Shown piece by piece: positions 54,021 to 63,403 of a DNA stretch of 64,000 bases (position 1 is its first letter; each line of letters begins with the position of its first letter). Under the pieces are notes generated by a model. It was not told where the DNA came from. It did not search any database and saw nothing but the letters and a program-made list of their open reading frames with translations. Origin of the DNA: an uncultured Bacteroidales bacterium (GTDB lineage: Bacteria > Bacteroidota > Bacteroidia > Bacteroidales > UBA3824). The DNA is taken from the NCBI GenBank assembly GCA_946409405.1, contig CAMJWL010000001.1:310-64309 (forward strand), given 5' to 3'. A program made the translations under genes and the position numbers.

Positions 54021-54824
54021 ATGGTAAGTTTCGAAGAATTGTTAGACGCAGGTGTACATTTCGGACACTTGACAAGGAAATGGAATCCTGCAATGGCTCC
54101 CTTCATTTTCATGGAGAAGGGCGGAATCCACATCATAGATCTTCACAAGACGGCTGCAAAACTCGAAGAGGCTGCCGCCGCAATCAAGCAAATCGCTAAA
54201 TCGGGTCGCAAGATTCTCTTTGTTGCCACCAAGAAGCAGGCCAAGGAGATCGTTGCAGAAAAAGTTCAGGCTGTCAACATGCCTTACGTTACAGAGCGTT
54301 GGTCGGGCGGTATGCTCACCAACTTCCCCACTGTACGCAAGGCCGTAAAGAAGATGCAGTCGATAGACAAGATGATTTCTGACGGCACTTTCGACCAACT
54401 CTCCAAGCGCGAGAAGTTGCAGGTAAAGCGTCAGAGCGCAAAACTCGAGAAGAACCTCGGTTCTATCGCCGACCTCACCAAGACTCCCGCCGCATTGTTC
54501 GTAGTGGACGTTTTGAAGGAGAAAATCGCCGTTAAGGAGGCTCACAAACTCCACATCCCCGTATTCGGCATGGTGGACACCAACTCCAACCCCAACGACG
54601 TTGACTTCGTAATCCCCGCCAACGACGACGCCGCAAAGTCTATCTCCATCGTTCTCGACGTTATCACCAAGGCTATTGCCGAGGGCGTTGCAGAGCGCAA
54701 GTCAGACAAGGACGTTGACAGCAAGGACACCAAGGTTTCGAGCCACAACAAACCCCGCAAGACCCGCGCTCGCAAGGGCGAAGGCTCCAAGGACGAGGCT
54801 CCCGCTGAGGAATCCGCTGAATAA
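54021..54824 (+). CDS. rpsB: 30S ribosomal protein S2
   Basis: LLDAGVHFGHLTRKWNP...ILFVATKKQAK...RWSGGMLTNF. Confidence 0.97.
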   Translation: MVSFEELLDAGVHFGHLTRKWNPAMAPFIFMEKGGIHIIDLHKTAAKLEEAAAAIKQIAKSGRKILFVATKKQAKEIVAEKVQAVNMPYVTERWSGGMLTNFPTVRKAVKKMQSIDKMISDGTFDQLSKREKLQVKRQSAKLEKNLGSIADLTKTPAALFVVDVLKEKIAVKEAHKLHIPVFGMVDTNSNPNDVDFVIPANDDAAKSISIVLDVITKAIAEGVAERKSDKDVDSKDTKVSSHNKPRKTRARKGEGSKDEAPAEESAE

Positions 54825-54883
54825 TTCAGGCGCACCTTATATATTAAGGTAATCAATCGAAAAAACAAACATAATGCTTCCTT

Positions 54884-54925
54884 CCTTTTTGAACAAGAAA
54901 GGAAGCATTTTTCTTAAATATAAAT
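54884..54925 (+). terminator. rho-independent terminator after rpsB
   Basis: 10-bp stem ATGCTTCCTT / AAGGAAGCAT followed by a T-run. Confidence 0.65.
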
Positions 54926-54950
54926 TAATTGAATTAATTGAAATTCGTTT

Positions 54951-54990
54951 TAATTCATTTTAATTCGTTTTAATTTATGTTTAAAGAAAA
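54951..54990. repeat. four phased 10-nt AT-rich repeats (TAATTCGTTT-like) upstream of tsf
   Basis: aaattcgttt / taattcattt / taattcgttt / taatttatgt, in exact 10-nt register. Confidence 0.7.
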
Positions 54991-55053
54991 AAGCCGCCCT
55001 CAGGCGCATAACCAAGAAAATTTTTGTTTAATCAACAATATTATACTTTCAAA

Positions 55054-56043
55054 ATGGCTGAAATTAAAGCAAGCGACGTTAAGAAACTCCGCGATCTTAC
55101 CGGCGCAGGTATGATGGACTGCAAGAAGGCACTCGCCGAGAGCAACGGCGATTACGATGCCGCAATAGATATTCTCAGGAAAAAAGGTCAGAAGGTGGCA
55201 AGCAAGCGCGCCGACCGTGAGGCTAAGGAAGGCTGTGTACTCGGCGTTAAGTCTGCCGACGGCACCAAGGCTTACGTGGTATCGCTCAACTGCGAGACCG
55301 ACTTCGTTGCCAAGAACGAAGATTTTGTAAAACTCACTCAGGGCATCCTCGACGCCGCTGTTGCAGCCGACGTCAACGACCTCGAAGCCCTCAAAGCATT
55401 GCCTTACGGTGCAAGCACTGTGGCTGAGGAGGTGGTTCAGTTTAGCGGCAAGACCGGTGAGAAGATGGAACTCGCTTACTATGGCAAGGTGTCTGGCGCA
55501 CAGGTATATTGCTACAACCACATGGGCAATCGCCTTACCGCTCTCGTTGCTTACAACAAGACCCTCGACGAGACCGTTGCCAAGAACGTTGCAATGCAGG
55601 TAGCCGCAATGGCTCCTATCGCTGTTGACAAGGACGGCATCTCTCAGGAGATTATCGACAAGGAAATCGAAGTTGCTAAGGAGAAGACCGTACAGGAGCA
55701 GATTCAGAAGAAGGTTGAAGCCGCTCTCAAGAAGGAAGGCATCAATCCCGCTCACGTTGACTCCGACGACCACATCGCTTCCAACATCACCAAGGGTTGG
55801 ATTACCGAAGAACAGGGCAAACTCGCCAAGGAAATCAAGGAGAAGGTTGCAGCCGAGACAGTTGTTCCCGCTCAGATGGTTGAAAACATCGCCAAGGGCC
55901 GTCTCAACAAGTTCTACGAGGAAGTTACCCTCCTCAACCAGAAGTACGAGCAGGACAACAAGATTACCATCCGCGAGTACCTCAAATCGGTTGACAAGGA
56001 TTTGACCGTTACCGAGTTCAAGAGGTTTGGTCTTGGTTACTAA
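55054..56043 (+). CDS. tsf: translation elongation factor Ts
   Basis: Start at ATG 55054. VKKLRDLTGAGMMDCKKAL...LRKKG, and LNCETDFVAKNEDF. Confidence 0.97.
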   Translation: MAEIKASDVKKLRDLTGAGMMDCKKALAESNGDYDAAIDILRKKGQKVASKRADREAKEGCVLGVKSADGTKAYVVSLNCETDFVAKNEDFVKLTQGILDAAVAADVNDLEALKALPYGASTVAEEVVQFSGKTGEKMELAYYGKVSGAQVYCYNHMGNRLTALVAYNKTLDETVAKNVAMQVAAMAPIAVDKDGISQEIIDKEIEVAKEKTVQEQIQKKVEAALKKEGINPAHVDSDDHIASNITKGWITEEQGKLAKEIKEKVAAETVVPAQMVENIAKGRLNKFYEEVTLLNQKYEQDNKITIREYLKSVDKDLTVTEFKRFGLGY

Positions 56044-56072
56044 GAGGATAAGAAGAAGTTTATTTTGATGTT

Positions 56073-56111
56073 GGAGACGCTCTTATTTAATTAAGGGAGT
56101 CTCCTTTTTTT
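56073..56111 (+). terminator. rho-independent terminator after tsf
   Basis: Stem GGAGAC(G)CTCTTA / TAAGGG(A)GTCTCC followed by T7. Confidence 0.6.
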
Positions 56112-56151
56112 ATTCTTTGCATGAAGGAGTGATTTTTTTTTGCAGATAGTA

Positions 56152-56721
56152 ATGATTCAGGCAATGAACGAGAAATTTCCATACGGTACAGATATTAACA
56201 CCTACATTGACAAGGCGTTAGAAAAATTGAAATACACATATCCGTGGGCGACCAAGGATATGATGACGTACTCATACGCCATTGAGGACGTGGATGGCGA
56301 GCCGCGATTTGTGAGGTATTTTCGCTTGGACGACGGCAGATTTCAGCGAGTGGTGGAGGATTGTTTTGGCGACAAGTTCATTGACGAGGTAGTCCGCCTC
56401 AATTCCGACCAAATCGAGCGTGCCAATCCCATAAAAGAAGTTTTTGACATACCGTTGCCACGTGAGATATGTTTTGGCGGCGATTGGATGCTCGAAAAAT
56501 ACCAATTCCGCAGCCACAATCTCGGCGGTTTTTCAACGATGGTTCAGGCAGGCAACCGTTGTACGGGCGGCAACAGGGTGTTTTTTATTCCGCCGTCGCT
56601 GTTGGAAGGCTCGTATGAGGATTTCCTCGACAAATACAACGAAATGGTGCCGGGCTGTTTCGGCGTTGACAAGGAATACCTCAAAACGTTGGATGGTCTA
56701 AGGGAGTTTTTGGGGTTGTAA
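56152..56721 (+). CDS. hypothetical protein (189 aa)
   Basis: ORF with ATG at 56152 (the track start at 56140 is a TTG). No motif recognised. Confidence 0.55.
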   Translation: MIQAMNEKFPYGTDINTYIDKALEKLKYTYPWATKDMMTYSYAIEDVDGEPRFVRYFRLDDGRFQRVVEDCFGDKFIDEVVRLNSDQIERANPIKEVFDIPLPREICFGGDWMLEKYQFRSHNLGGFSTMVQAGNRCTGGNRVFFIPPSLLEGSYEDFLDKYNEMVPGCFGVDKEYLKTLDGLREFLGL

Positions 56722-56866
56722 TAGATTGATAATGAGTGTGGAGAAAATTTTTTCTCAAAAATTTTTGTCATTTCCAAAAAACTTCCTATTTTAGCCACGG
56801 CAAAAATGTATCGGAAGATTGATGCCTTTTGCCTGATTTAATAACCAAAACATTTAAAACAATTAT

Positions 56867-59800
56867 ATGGCATCAACTGAATTGACACCCGATTTCGTCT
56901 TTGAGACAAGTTGGGAGGTCTGCAACAAGGTGGGCGGCATTCACACCGTGGTTTCCACCAAGGCGCAGACTATGAAGTCCAAGTTCGGCGACAACCTCGT
57001 TATGATAGGCCCCGACATTTGGCAAAACTCCGAGGAGAACCCGGAGTTTGTCGAGGACAAGACGCTCTACACCGATTGGAGGGAGATGATCAACCGCACC
57101 GAGACCCGCGTAAGGATTGGCCGTTGGAAGATTGTCGGCGAACCTATCGTGATTCTCGTCGATTTTTCGCAAAACATTTCCAAGAAAGACAAGATTTTTG
57201 CGGAGTTGTGGGAGACCTACAAACTCGACTCAATCTCAGGCGATTGGGGCTACATCGAACCCGTCATCTTCGGATATTCGGCGGGCAAGGTCATCGAGAG
57301 TTTCTGTACCTACAACCTCAAACCCGAAAACCGCGTCATCGCGCACTTCCACGAGTGGATGACCGGTGCGGGAATCCTTTACATCGAGAAGTACGCGCCC
57401 GAGATTGCCACTGTGTTCACCACGCACGCCACAGCAATCGGACGTAGCATCGCCGGCAACGGTCAGCCTTTGTACGGCCCCATCAAGAATTACGACGGCG
57501 ACACCAAGGCGCGTGAGTTCAATATGGTGGCTAAGCAGTCGTGCGAAAAACTCTCCGCGCTCACTGCCGACGCATACACCACCGTGTCCGACATCACCGC
57601 CATCGAGTGCAAGCAGTTCACATACAGGGCGGTAGATTATGTAACGCCCAACGGTTTTGAGGACGACTTCGTTCCCAAAGGTTCGGTGTTCAACACCCGC
57701 CGCACAGCCGCCCGCGCCAAGATGTTGGAGGTGGCAGGCAAGTTGTTCACCGAGAAGTTTGACGACAAGAACACCGTAATCCTCGGCACGTCAGGACGTT
57801 ATGAATACCGCAACAAAGGCATCGACGTATTCCTCGAAAGCCTCAAAAAAATCAAGGATCTCGGTACCCTCGACAAGAAGAAGAAACTCTTGGCAATAAT
57901 CACCGTGCCCGCCAACCACTACGGCGCACGTCCCGACCTCGTTGCAGCCCTCAACGGTGGCAAGGAGCCTGTCAAGAACGACCAATATTCGCGTTACCTC
58001 ACGCACGGACTTCACTACGTGGAGTACGACGCAGTGTGCAACCGCGCCATTCAGTTGGGTCTCGACAACGGCAAGGACAGCCAAATCAAGTTGATTTTTG
58101 TGCCGTCCTACTTGAAGGGCGACGACGGAATCTTCAATATGCCTTACTACGACTTGCTCGTTGGTATGGACGTAACAGCCTACCCGTCATACTACGAACC
58201 TTGGGGCTACACGCCGATGGAGTCGATAGCATTCTCGGTGCCGACCATCACCACCGACCTCGCGGGCTTCGGCAAGTACAGCGAAAAACTCCTGCCCGCC
58301 GACGCAAAGCCCGTTGTAGTGCTTCATCGTACCGACGACAATTATAATGAGGTGTCCGAAAGCCTCGCCAAAGCCGTCATTGAGTACGCCAACCTCGACG
58401 CAAAGAAGATGGAGGTCAACCGCAAGGCTGCATACGCGCTCTCGCAGCAGTTCCTGTGGAAAAACCTCGCAAAATACTATCTCAAAGCATATTCCACCGC
58501 GTTGGAGCGCACCAAGACGCGCTACGACGAGGCGGACTTTACCAAATACTCACACGAATCGTTTAACATAAAAGAAATAAAAGTGAACAATCCTATTTGG
58601 AGAAACATTCAGGTGCAGCCCAACCTGTCCGGCAAGTTCAAGGGCTTGGAGGAGATGTCCTACAACCTTTGGTGGTGTTGGAACTACGAGGCTGAGGAAA
58701 TGTGGCAGACCATCGGCGAAGACGGCCTTTGGGACAAGTCGGGTCAGAACCCCGTACAACTTATGCGTATGGTGGACCTCAACCGCTTGTCGGTACTCGA
58801 AAACGACGCAGAATTCATTGCAAAATACGAGAAGGTGTATGCCAATTTCAAGGCATATATGGACGAGAAGAAGAACGCCAAGGGTCCTTCGGTGGCTTAC
58901 TTCTGTATGGAGTACGGCATCCACGACTCGCTGAAAATCTTCTCGGGCGGCCTCGGCATCCTCGCCGGCGACTACTTGAAGGAGGCTTCCGACTCCAACG
59001 TTGATATGGTGGCAGTCGGCTTGCTCTACCGCTACGGCTACTTCCGTCAGAAGATTTCCGTATGGGGCGACCAAATCGCCGAAGACATCCCGCAGGACTT
59101 CAAGTCGCTGCCTATCACGGAGGTTAAGGATACTGATGGCAACCAACTCCAAGTTCAGGTGGCGTTCCCGGGCAGAAAACTCACCGCCAACGTTTGGAAG
59201 GCTCAGGTAGGCCGCATCGAACTCTACTTGCTCGACACTGACTTCGAAGCCAATTGGCAGGAAGACCGTGGAGTTACCCACCACCTCTACGGCGGCAATC
59301 AGGAAAACCGCTTGAAGCAGGAAATGCTCCTCGGTGTCGGCGGCGTTCGCGCACTCCGCAAGATGGGCATCACCAAGCAGATTTACCATATGAACGAGGG
59401 CCACGCGGCTCTTATGGGCATCGAGCGTCTCAACAACCTCATCACTGAGAACAAGTTTACCCTCAATGAAGCCCTCGAAATCGTTCGCGCATCCACCCTC
59501 TACACCACCCACACGCCCGTACCGGCAGGCCACGACGCATTCCCGGAGGATATGATTATGACCTATATGGGACACTATCCGCAGCGTCTCGGCGTATCGG
59601 TGAGGGACTTCCTCGCCCTCGGCAAGAAGAACGTGGACGACCGTGGCGACAAGTTCAACTTCTCGTACCTCGCTTGCCAACTCTCTCAGGAGGTCAATGG
59701 CGTGTCGATGCTCCACGGCGAAGTTACCAAGAATATGTTCAACTATATGTGGGACGGTTACTACCCCGAGGAACTCAACATCGGCTACGTCACCAACGGC

Positions 59801-61126
59801 GTTCACTATCCGACTTGGGCTGCCAAGGAGTGGCAACAGTTCTACAACAAGACCTTCGATCCCAAGTTCATCAAAGACCAAAGCAACGAGTCTTTGTGGA
59901 ATGTGATTCAGAATGTTGACGACGCCGAAATTTGGAAGATGCGTCAGCAGAAGCGCAAGGATCTCATCGACTACATCAAGGTGAAGATGGCTGCCGACTA
60001 TCAGGCACGCGGCGAGGCTCCGTCGTCGATGGTTCGCATCAAGAACACATTGAACCCCAACACTTTGACCATCGGTTTCGCTCGTCGTTTCGCTACCTAC
60101 AAGCGTGGCAACTTGCTCTTGACCGACCTCGAAATGTTGAAGAAGATTGTTGACGACCCCGAGCGTCCCGTACAGTTTATCTTCGCGGGCAAGGCTCACC
60201 CCGCAGACGGCGGCGGACAGGGCATCATCAAGCAGATTGTTGAAATCAGCAAGCGTCCCGAGTTTGCAGGCAAGATTCTCTTCCTCGAAAACTACGACAT
60301 CGCCCTCGCCAAGAAGTTGGTTTCGGGTGTCGATATTTGGATGAACACCCCGACCCGTCCGCTCGAAGCATCGGGTACGTCGGGTATGAAGGCTGTTATG
60401 AACGGCGCAATCCACTACTCCGTGCTCGACGGTTGGTGGGTGGAAGGCTACCGTCCCGACGGCGGATGGTGCTTGCCGCAGGAGCGCGCTTACCAAAACC
60501 AAGACTATCAGAACCTCCTCGACGCTGCCACCATCTACCGCACAATCATCGAGGACATCTGCCCGAAGTTCTACACCCGCAATGCGAAGGGCGTTCCCGA
60601 GCAGTGGGTGAGCGTCATCAAGAACTCCATCGGACACATCGCGCCCAATTTCACTATGAAGCGTCAACTCGACGACTACTACGAGCGTTACTACAACAAG
60701 TTGGCTGTAACGGGCGCAGAAGTCAACGCCAACAACTACGAGGTTGCCCGTCAACTCGCCGCTTGGAAGTACAAGGTGGTACAGCATTGGGAGAACATCA
60801 AGGTTGTCAAGATTAACTTCCACGAAATCGTCAAGGACGCGCTCTATATGGGCGAAGAATACTTTGGCGAGGTGGTTCTCGACCTCGGTGGCCTCAGCGC
60901 AGAAGACCTCGGAGTTGAGATGGTGATGACCGAACTCAGCAACGGCGGTTCCAAGTTGCTCTCCAAGGCTCCGTTGACCTTGCAGAAGGTGGAAGGACGT
61001 TTCGCACACTACTCCGTAGAACTCCGTCCCGTTAAGCCGGGCAACTTCAACTACGGTTTCCGCCTCTTCCCGACCAACAAGAACCTCGTCCACAGAACCG
61101 ACTTCGCATTGGTTAAGTGGCTGTAA
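56867..61126 (+). CDS. fused glycogen synthase (GT3, eukaryote-like) and alpha-glucan phosphorylase (GT35)
   Basis: The N-terminal ~550 aa carry FETSWEVCNKVGGIHTVVSTKA and HFHEWMTGAG (GT3). The C-terminal ~830 aa carry GGLGILAGDYLKEASD, HTPVPAGHD and the PLP-lysine motif EASGTSGMKAVMNGA (GT35). Confidence 0.92.
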   Translation: MASTELTPDFVFETSWEVCNKVGGIHTVVSTKAQTMKSKFGDNLVMIGPDIWQNSEENPEFVEDKTLYTDWREMINRTETRVRIGRWKIVGEPIVILVDFSQNISKKDKIFAELWETYKLDSISGDWGYIEPVIFGYSAGKVIESFCTYNLKPENRVIAHFHEWMTGAGILYIEKYAPEIATVFTTHATAIGRSIAGNGQPLYGPIKNYDGDTKAREFNMVAKQSCEKLSALTADAYTTVSDITAIECKQFTYRAVDYVTPNGFEDDFVPKGSVFNTRRTAARAKMLEVAGKLFTEKFDDKNTVILGTSGRYEYRNKGIDVFLESLKKIKDLGTLDKKKKLLAIITVPANHYGARPDLVAALNGGKEPVKNDQYSRYLTHGLHYVEYDAVCNRAIQLGLDNGKDSQIKLIFVPSYLKGDDGIFNMPYYDLLVGMDVTAYPSYYEPWGYTPMESIAFSVPTITTDLAGFGKYSEKLLPADAKPVVVLHRTDDNYNEVSESLAKAVIEYANLDAKKMEVNRKAAYALSQQFLWKNLAKYYLKAYSTALERTKTRYDEADFTKYSHESFNIKEIKVNNPIWRNIQVQPNLSGKFKGLEEMSYNLWWCWNYEAEEMWQTIGEDGLWDKSGQNPVQLMRMVDLNRLSVLENDAEFIAKYEKVYANFKAYMDEKKNAKGPSVAYFCMEYGIHDSLKIFSGGLGILAGDYLKEASDSNVDMVAVGLLYRYGYFRQKISVWGDQIAEDIPQDFKSLPITEVKDTDGNQLQVQVAFPGRKLTANVWKAQVGRIELYLLDTDFEANWQEDRGVTHHLYGGNQENRLKQEMLLGVGGVRALRKMGITKQIYHMNEGHAALMGIERLNNLITENKFTLNEALEIVRASTLYTTHTPVPAGHDAFPEDMIMTYMGHYPQRLGVSVRDFLALGKKNVDDRGDKFNFSYLACQLSQEVNGVSMLHGEVTKNMFNYMWDGYYPEELNIGYVTNGVHYPTWAAKEWQQFYNKTFDPKFIKDQSNESLWNVIQNVDDAEIWKMRQQKRKDLIDYIKVKMAADYQARGEAPSSMVRIKNTLNPNTLTIGFARRFATYKRGNLLLTDLEMLKKIVDDPERPVQFIFAGKAHPADGGGQGIIKQIVEISKRPEFAGKILFLENYDIALAKKLVSGVDIWMNTPTRPLEASGTSGMKAVMNGAIHYSVLDGWWVEGYRPDGGWCLPQERAYQNQDYQNLLDAATIYRTIIEDICPKFYTRNAKGVPEQWVSVIKNSIGHIAPNFTMKRQLDDYYERYYNKLAVTGAEVNANNYEVARQLAAWKYKVVQHWENIKVVKINFHEIVKDALYMGEEYFGEVVLDLGGLSAEDLGVEMVMTELSNGGSKLLSKAPLTLQKVEGRFAHYSVELRPVKPGNFNYGFRLFPTNKNLVHRTDFALVKWL

Positions 61127-61150
61127 GAGGATACCCTAATTGAATTATAA

Positions 61151-61197
61151 ATCCCGTCCGGAAGTGAGATATGAGACTTTCGGACGGGATTTTTTTT
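61151..61197 (+). terminator. rho-independent terminator after the glycogen gene, in a convergent gap
   Basis: 10-bp stem ATCCCGTCCG / CGGACGGGAT, a 20-nt loop, then T8. Confidence 0.75.
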
Positions 61198-61203
61198 GTA
61201 TGG

Positions 61204-62961
61204 TTATTTTGACAAGACTTCCCAATGTCCGCCCCTCGCAGAACCGACGCGGCGGATGATGCCCTGTTCACGAAGAATTTTTAGTTGTTTTTCAATGCCT
61301 TTTACAGTTAGTTGTAGAGCAGATGCTAATGCGGATTGGGTCATTTGGGGATTTGCAATTAGTAACGATATAATTTTATCCCTACTTTTTCCCCTACTGT
61401 CCTCTATTTTTAGGGTGCTTTCCTCCCTACTTTTTCCATTTTTAGTGTTGTTTTCTGCGATATTTTCGGGGGTGTTTTCGTCGTCCGCCTCCATAGAAGC
61501 ATAGTATGTCTTCAACATTTGCCAATGTCCGTCCTTGTCTGTGCCCACACGTTGAATTATGCCCTTAGAACGCAGTCTATTGAGGATTTTCCAAACACCG
61601 CTACGTGATAACCCTGTAACTTTTTGAAAAATTGGGATGGGTGCGGAAGGGTTTGCTGTTATGGTTTCTACGATGATTTGTTCGTTTTTGATGCTACTCT
61701 TCATGTTACTTTTCATATTACTTTTCATATTACTTTTCATGTTACTTTTTGTGTCCGTGAAAACATTTGGAGTAGCATTGTTGTCGTCCCTCATTGCAGA
61801 TGTTAATGTTACTTTCAACATAAAATCCATCTGTTTATATATCGGCGCGGGGTTGCCGGCTTCGTCCATCTCTCTAAACATTCGATCCACACCCTCACCA
61901 AATTCTTTTGCCAACTTGTATTGTTGCAAGAACTGAACTATCTTTGGATTGCGCGAAAAGTGCATCTGTCGTATATTGTCGATGCGAACCATACCTGGCA
62001 GGATGCCCGGACTTTCAACGACGTAGTGGTTGTCGAATATCTTGATGATGATGTCTGTGCCCAAAATGCTGTAATCGCGGTGGGCTACGGCATTGACAAT
62101 AAGTTCTGTCCAACAGAATGGGGGATATTGCGGTATTGTTACGAAACGTGCTCCGTCGCCCAAAAATGTATATTCTTTGATTTGTGTATCTACAAAGTCG
62201 ATTGCCTTTTGCGTCATCTCCAAAATCCGACCCTCAAACCAAACGTCCTTCACCACGTTCATTTCGCGACCAAAACGTTCTTCGTCGCCATAATAACGCA
62301 CAATCCGCACCCTTGCCCGTTGGAAAAATTGCTGAGGGTTTTTGCCAAACAACAAAATTGCCGCCCCCGACACCTTGTCTTTCCCATTTTCGGTAGTTAT
62401 GAAATTTTTGTTGGTGCGCAGATATGTTTTCGCGTTTTTGGCGTAACCTATTTTATGGCAATATTCTGTTACAAAATCAAGGTCGATGTCGTCGATTGTG
62501 GCTCCATAAACCGGTTCGTCCTCATAATAACGACATCCTTTGGCATAGAACAATTGCATCCGCATCTCAAAATTAAGTTTTTTGGATTTGTCGCCGACGC
62601 GGTAAAATGCTTCGTCTGTCTGATTGGCGTGGACGCGCATACTTGGCTCTACGTGCATTATAAGTATATGGTTTGCATTGCCTTTGTAATCAACACATTG
62701 TACAAATTTGACATCCACATTTACCGAAGGAACGCAATAGTCGAACGGAGCGCGGAGCAATTCGTTAAGGTGTTCCTCGTTACCGTCGATGCCTGTGATT
62801 TTCCCGTTGTCTTCAATGCCTATCGCCACGTCGCCGCCGTCTGCATTGGCAAACGCAACGATGATAATTGCCAAATTTTTTGGCTCGATGCGAAAACTTT
62901 TCCTGTCAAATTGCTGACCTTCGGGCTGTTGCTGTAAGGTGTGTATGTCGTAAATGTTCAT
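61204..62961 (-). CDS. AlbA_2 (Schlafen-type) / HATPase_c_4 / tandem winged-HTH protein ('RecG-like' putative regulator)
   Basis: AlbA_2 pattern: EGQQFDRKS...IIIVAFANADGGDVAIGIEDNGKITGI. HATPase_c_4 pattern: ELIVNAVAHRDYSILGTDIIIKIFDNHYVVESPGILPG. Two wHTH motifs (LSRSGVWKILNRLRSKGIIQRVG; LTVKGIEKQLKILREQGIIRRVG). I prefer the start at ATG 62961. Confidence 0.85.
   Translation of the reverse strand: MNIYDIHTLQQQPEGQQFDRKSFRIEPKNLAIIIVAFANADGGDVAIGIEDNGKITGIDGNEEHLNELLRAPFDYCVPSVNVDVKFVQCVDYKGNANHILIMHVEPSMRVHANQTDEAFYRVGDKSKKLNFEMRMQLFYAKGCRYYEDEPVYGATIDDIDLDFVTEYCHKIGYAKNAKTYLRTNKNFITTENGKDKVSGAAILLFGKNPQQFFQRARVRIVRYYGDEERFGREMNVVKDVWFEGRILEMTQKAIDFVDTQIKEYTFLGDGARFVTIPQYPPFCWTELIVNAVAHRDYSILGTDIIIKIFDNHYVVESPGILPGMVRIDNIRQMHFSRNPKIVQFLQQYKLAKEFGEGVDRMFREMDEAGNPAPIYKQMDFMLKVTLTSAMRDDNNATPNVFTDTKSNMKSNMKSNMKSNMKSSIKNEQIIVETITANPSAPIPIFQKVTGLSRSGVWKILNRLRSKGIIQRVGTDKDGHWQMLKTYYASMEADDENTPENIAENNTKNGKSREESTLKIEDSRGKSRDKIISLLIANPQMTQSALASALQLTVKGIEKQLKILREQGIIRRVGSARGGHWEVLSK
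61689..61748. repeat. 12-nt tandem repeat (4 good copies plus 1 degenerate) inside the AlbA_2 gene, encoding (KSNM)n
   Basis: tcatgttacttt / tcatattacttt / tcatattacttt / tcatgttacttt at 61701-61748, preceded by a degenerate copy. The protein reads KSNMKSNMKSNMKSNMKSSI. Confidence 0.9.
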
Positions 62962-63040
62962 TGCTGAGTGTTTGTAGTATTCCGTCAAGGCAAAAATAAA
63001 AAGAATCTTGCGAAACAAAAAAGTTTTTGTCGAAGTTTTT

Positions 63041-63072
63041 TTTGCACATCTCCCAAAAACAACTTATATTTG
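63041..63072 (+). promoter_or_regulatory. candidate promoter TTTG-N20-TATATTTG
   Basis: TTTG at 63041-63044, a 20-nt spacer, then TATATTTG at 63065-63072. No convincing ORF occurs for the next ~330 nt. Confidence 0.45.
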
Positions 63073-63318
63073 CATACCTCAATGCCGTACCATACGGCGG
63101 CGAGGAAAGTATATATTGTAGGCGTTTATGACGCTATGTTTTTGACATCCTGAAACTTCGCAACTTTCAAGTATTCGTCAAGGACGTGGCAGCGATAAAC
63201 GTCCGTGTGTGTATATTATCGGTACTCAATGTATATTGTGTGCCATTATTATACTTGTACGGCGTGAGGTATCGTTGCTCGTTTTTTACGAATACGGGTA
63301 ATGCGAAGACCTCAGGAT

Positions 63319-63355
63319 GTGGAAACGGGCAGATTAAAGATTCCACGCCTTTTTT
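63319..63355 (+). terminator. weak hairpin plus T6, a possible terminator
   Basis: Stem GTGGAA / TTCCAC (63319-63324 / 63341-63346), a 16-nt loop, then GCC and TTTTTT. Confidence 0.3.
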
Positions 63356-63403
63356 GTGTCAAGTCTGACCTCGGAATCTAATCAGACAACAAGCATTAAG
63401 GCA

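Noticed and set aside
55000-55773. 257-aa minus-strand ORF
   Set aside because: It is antisense to tsf.
58550-61093. 847-aa ORF on the minus strand
   Set aside because: It is entirely antisense to the GT3-GT35 gene, whose plus-strand frame carries unmistakable catalytic motifs. The antisense product is V/L/G/E-rich with no motif, a typical shadow ORF in a GC-balanced gene.
61689-61748. Possible CRISPR-like or regulatory repeat array
   Set aside because: The units are contiguous 12-mers with no spacers and lie in frame inside a coding region, so this is a coding microsatellite. No CRISPR array is visible anywhere in the window.
61921-62937. 338-aa plus-strand ORF
   Set aside because: It is antisense to the AlbA_2/HATPase_c_4 gene and has no motifs.
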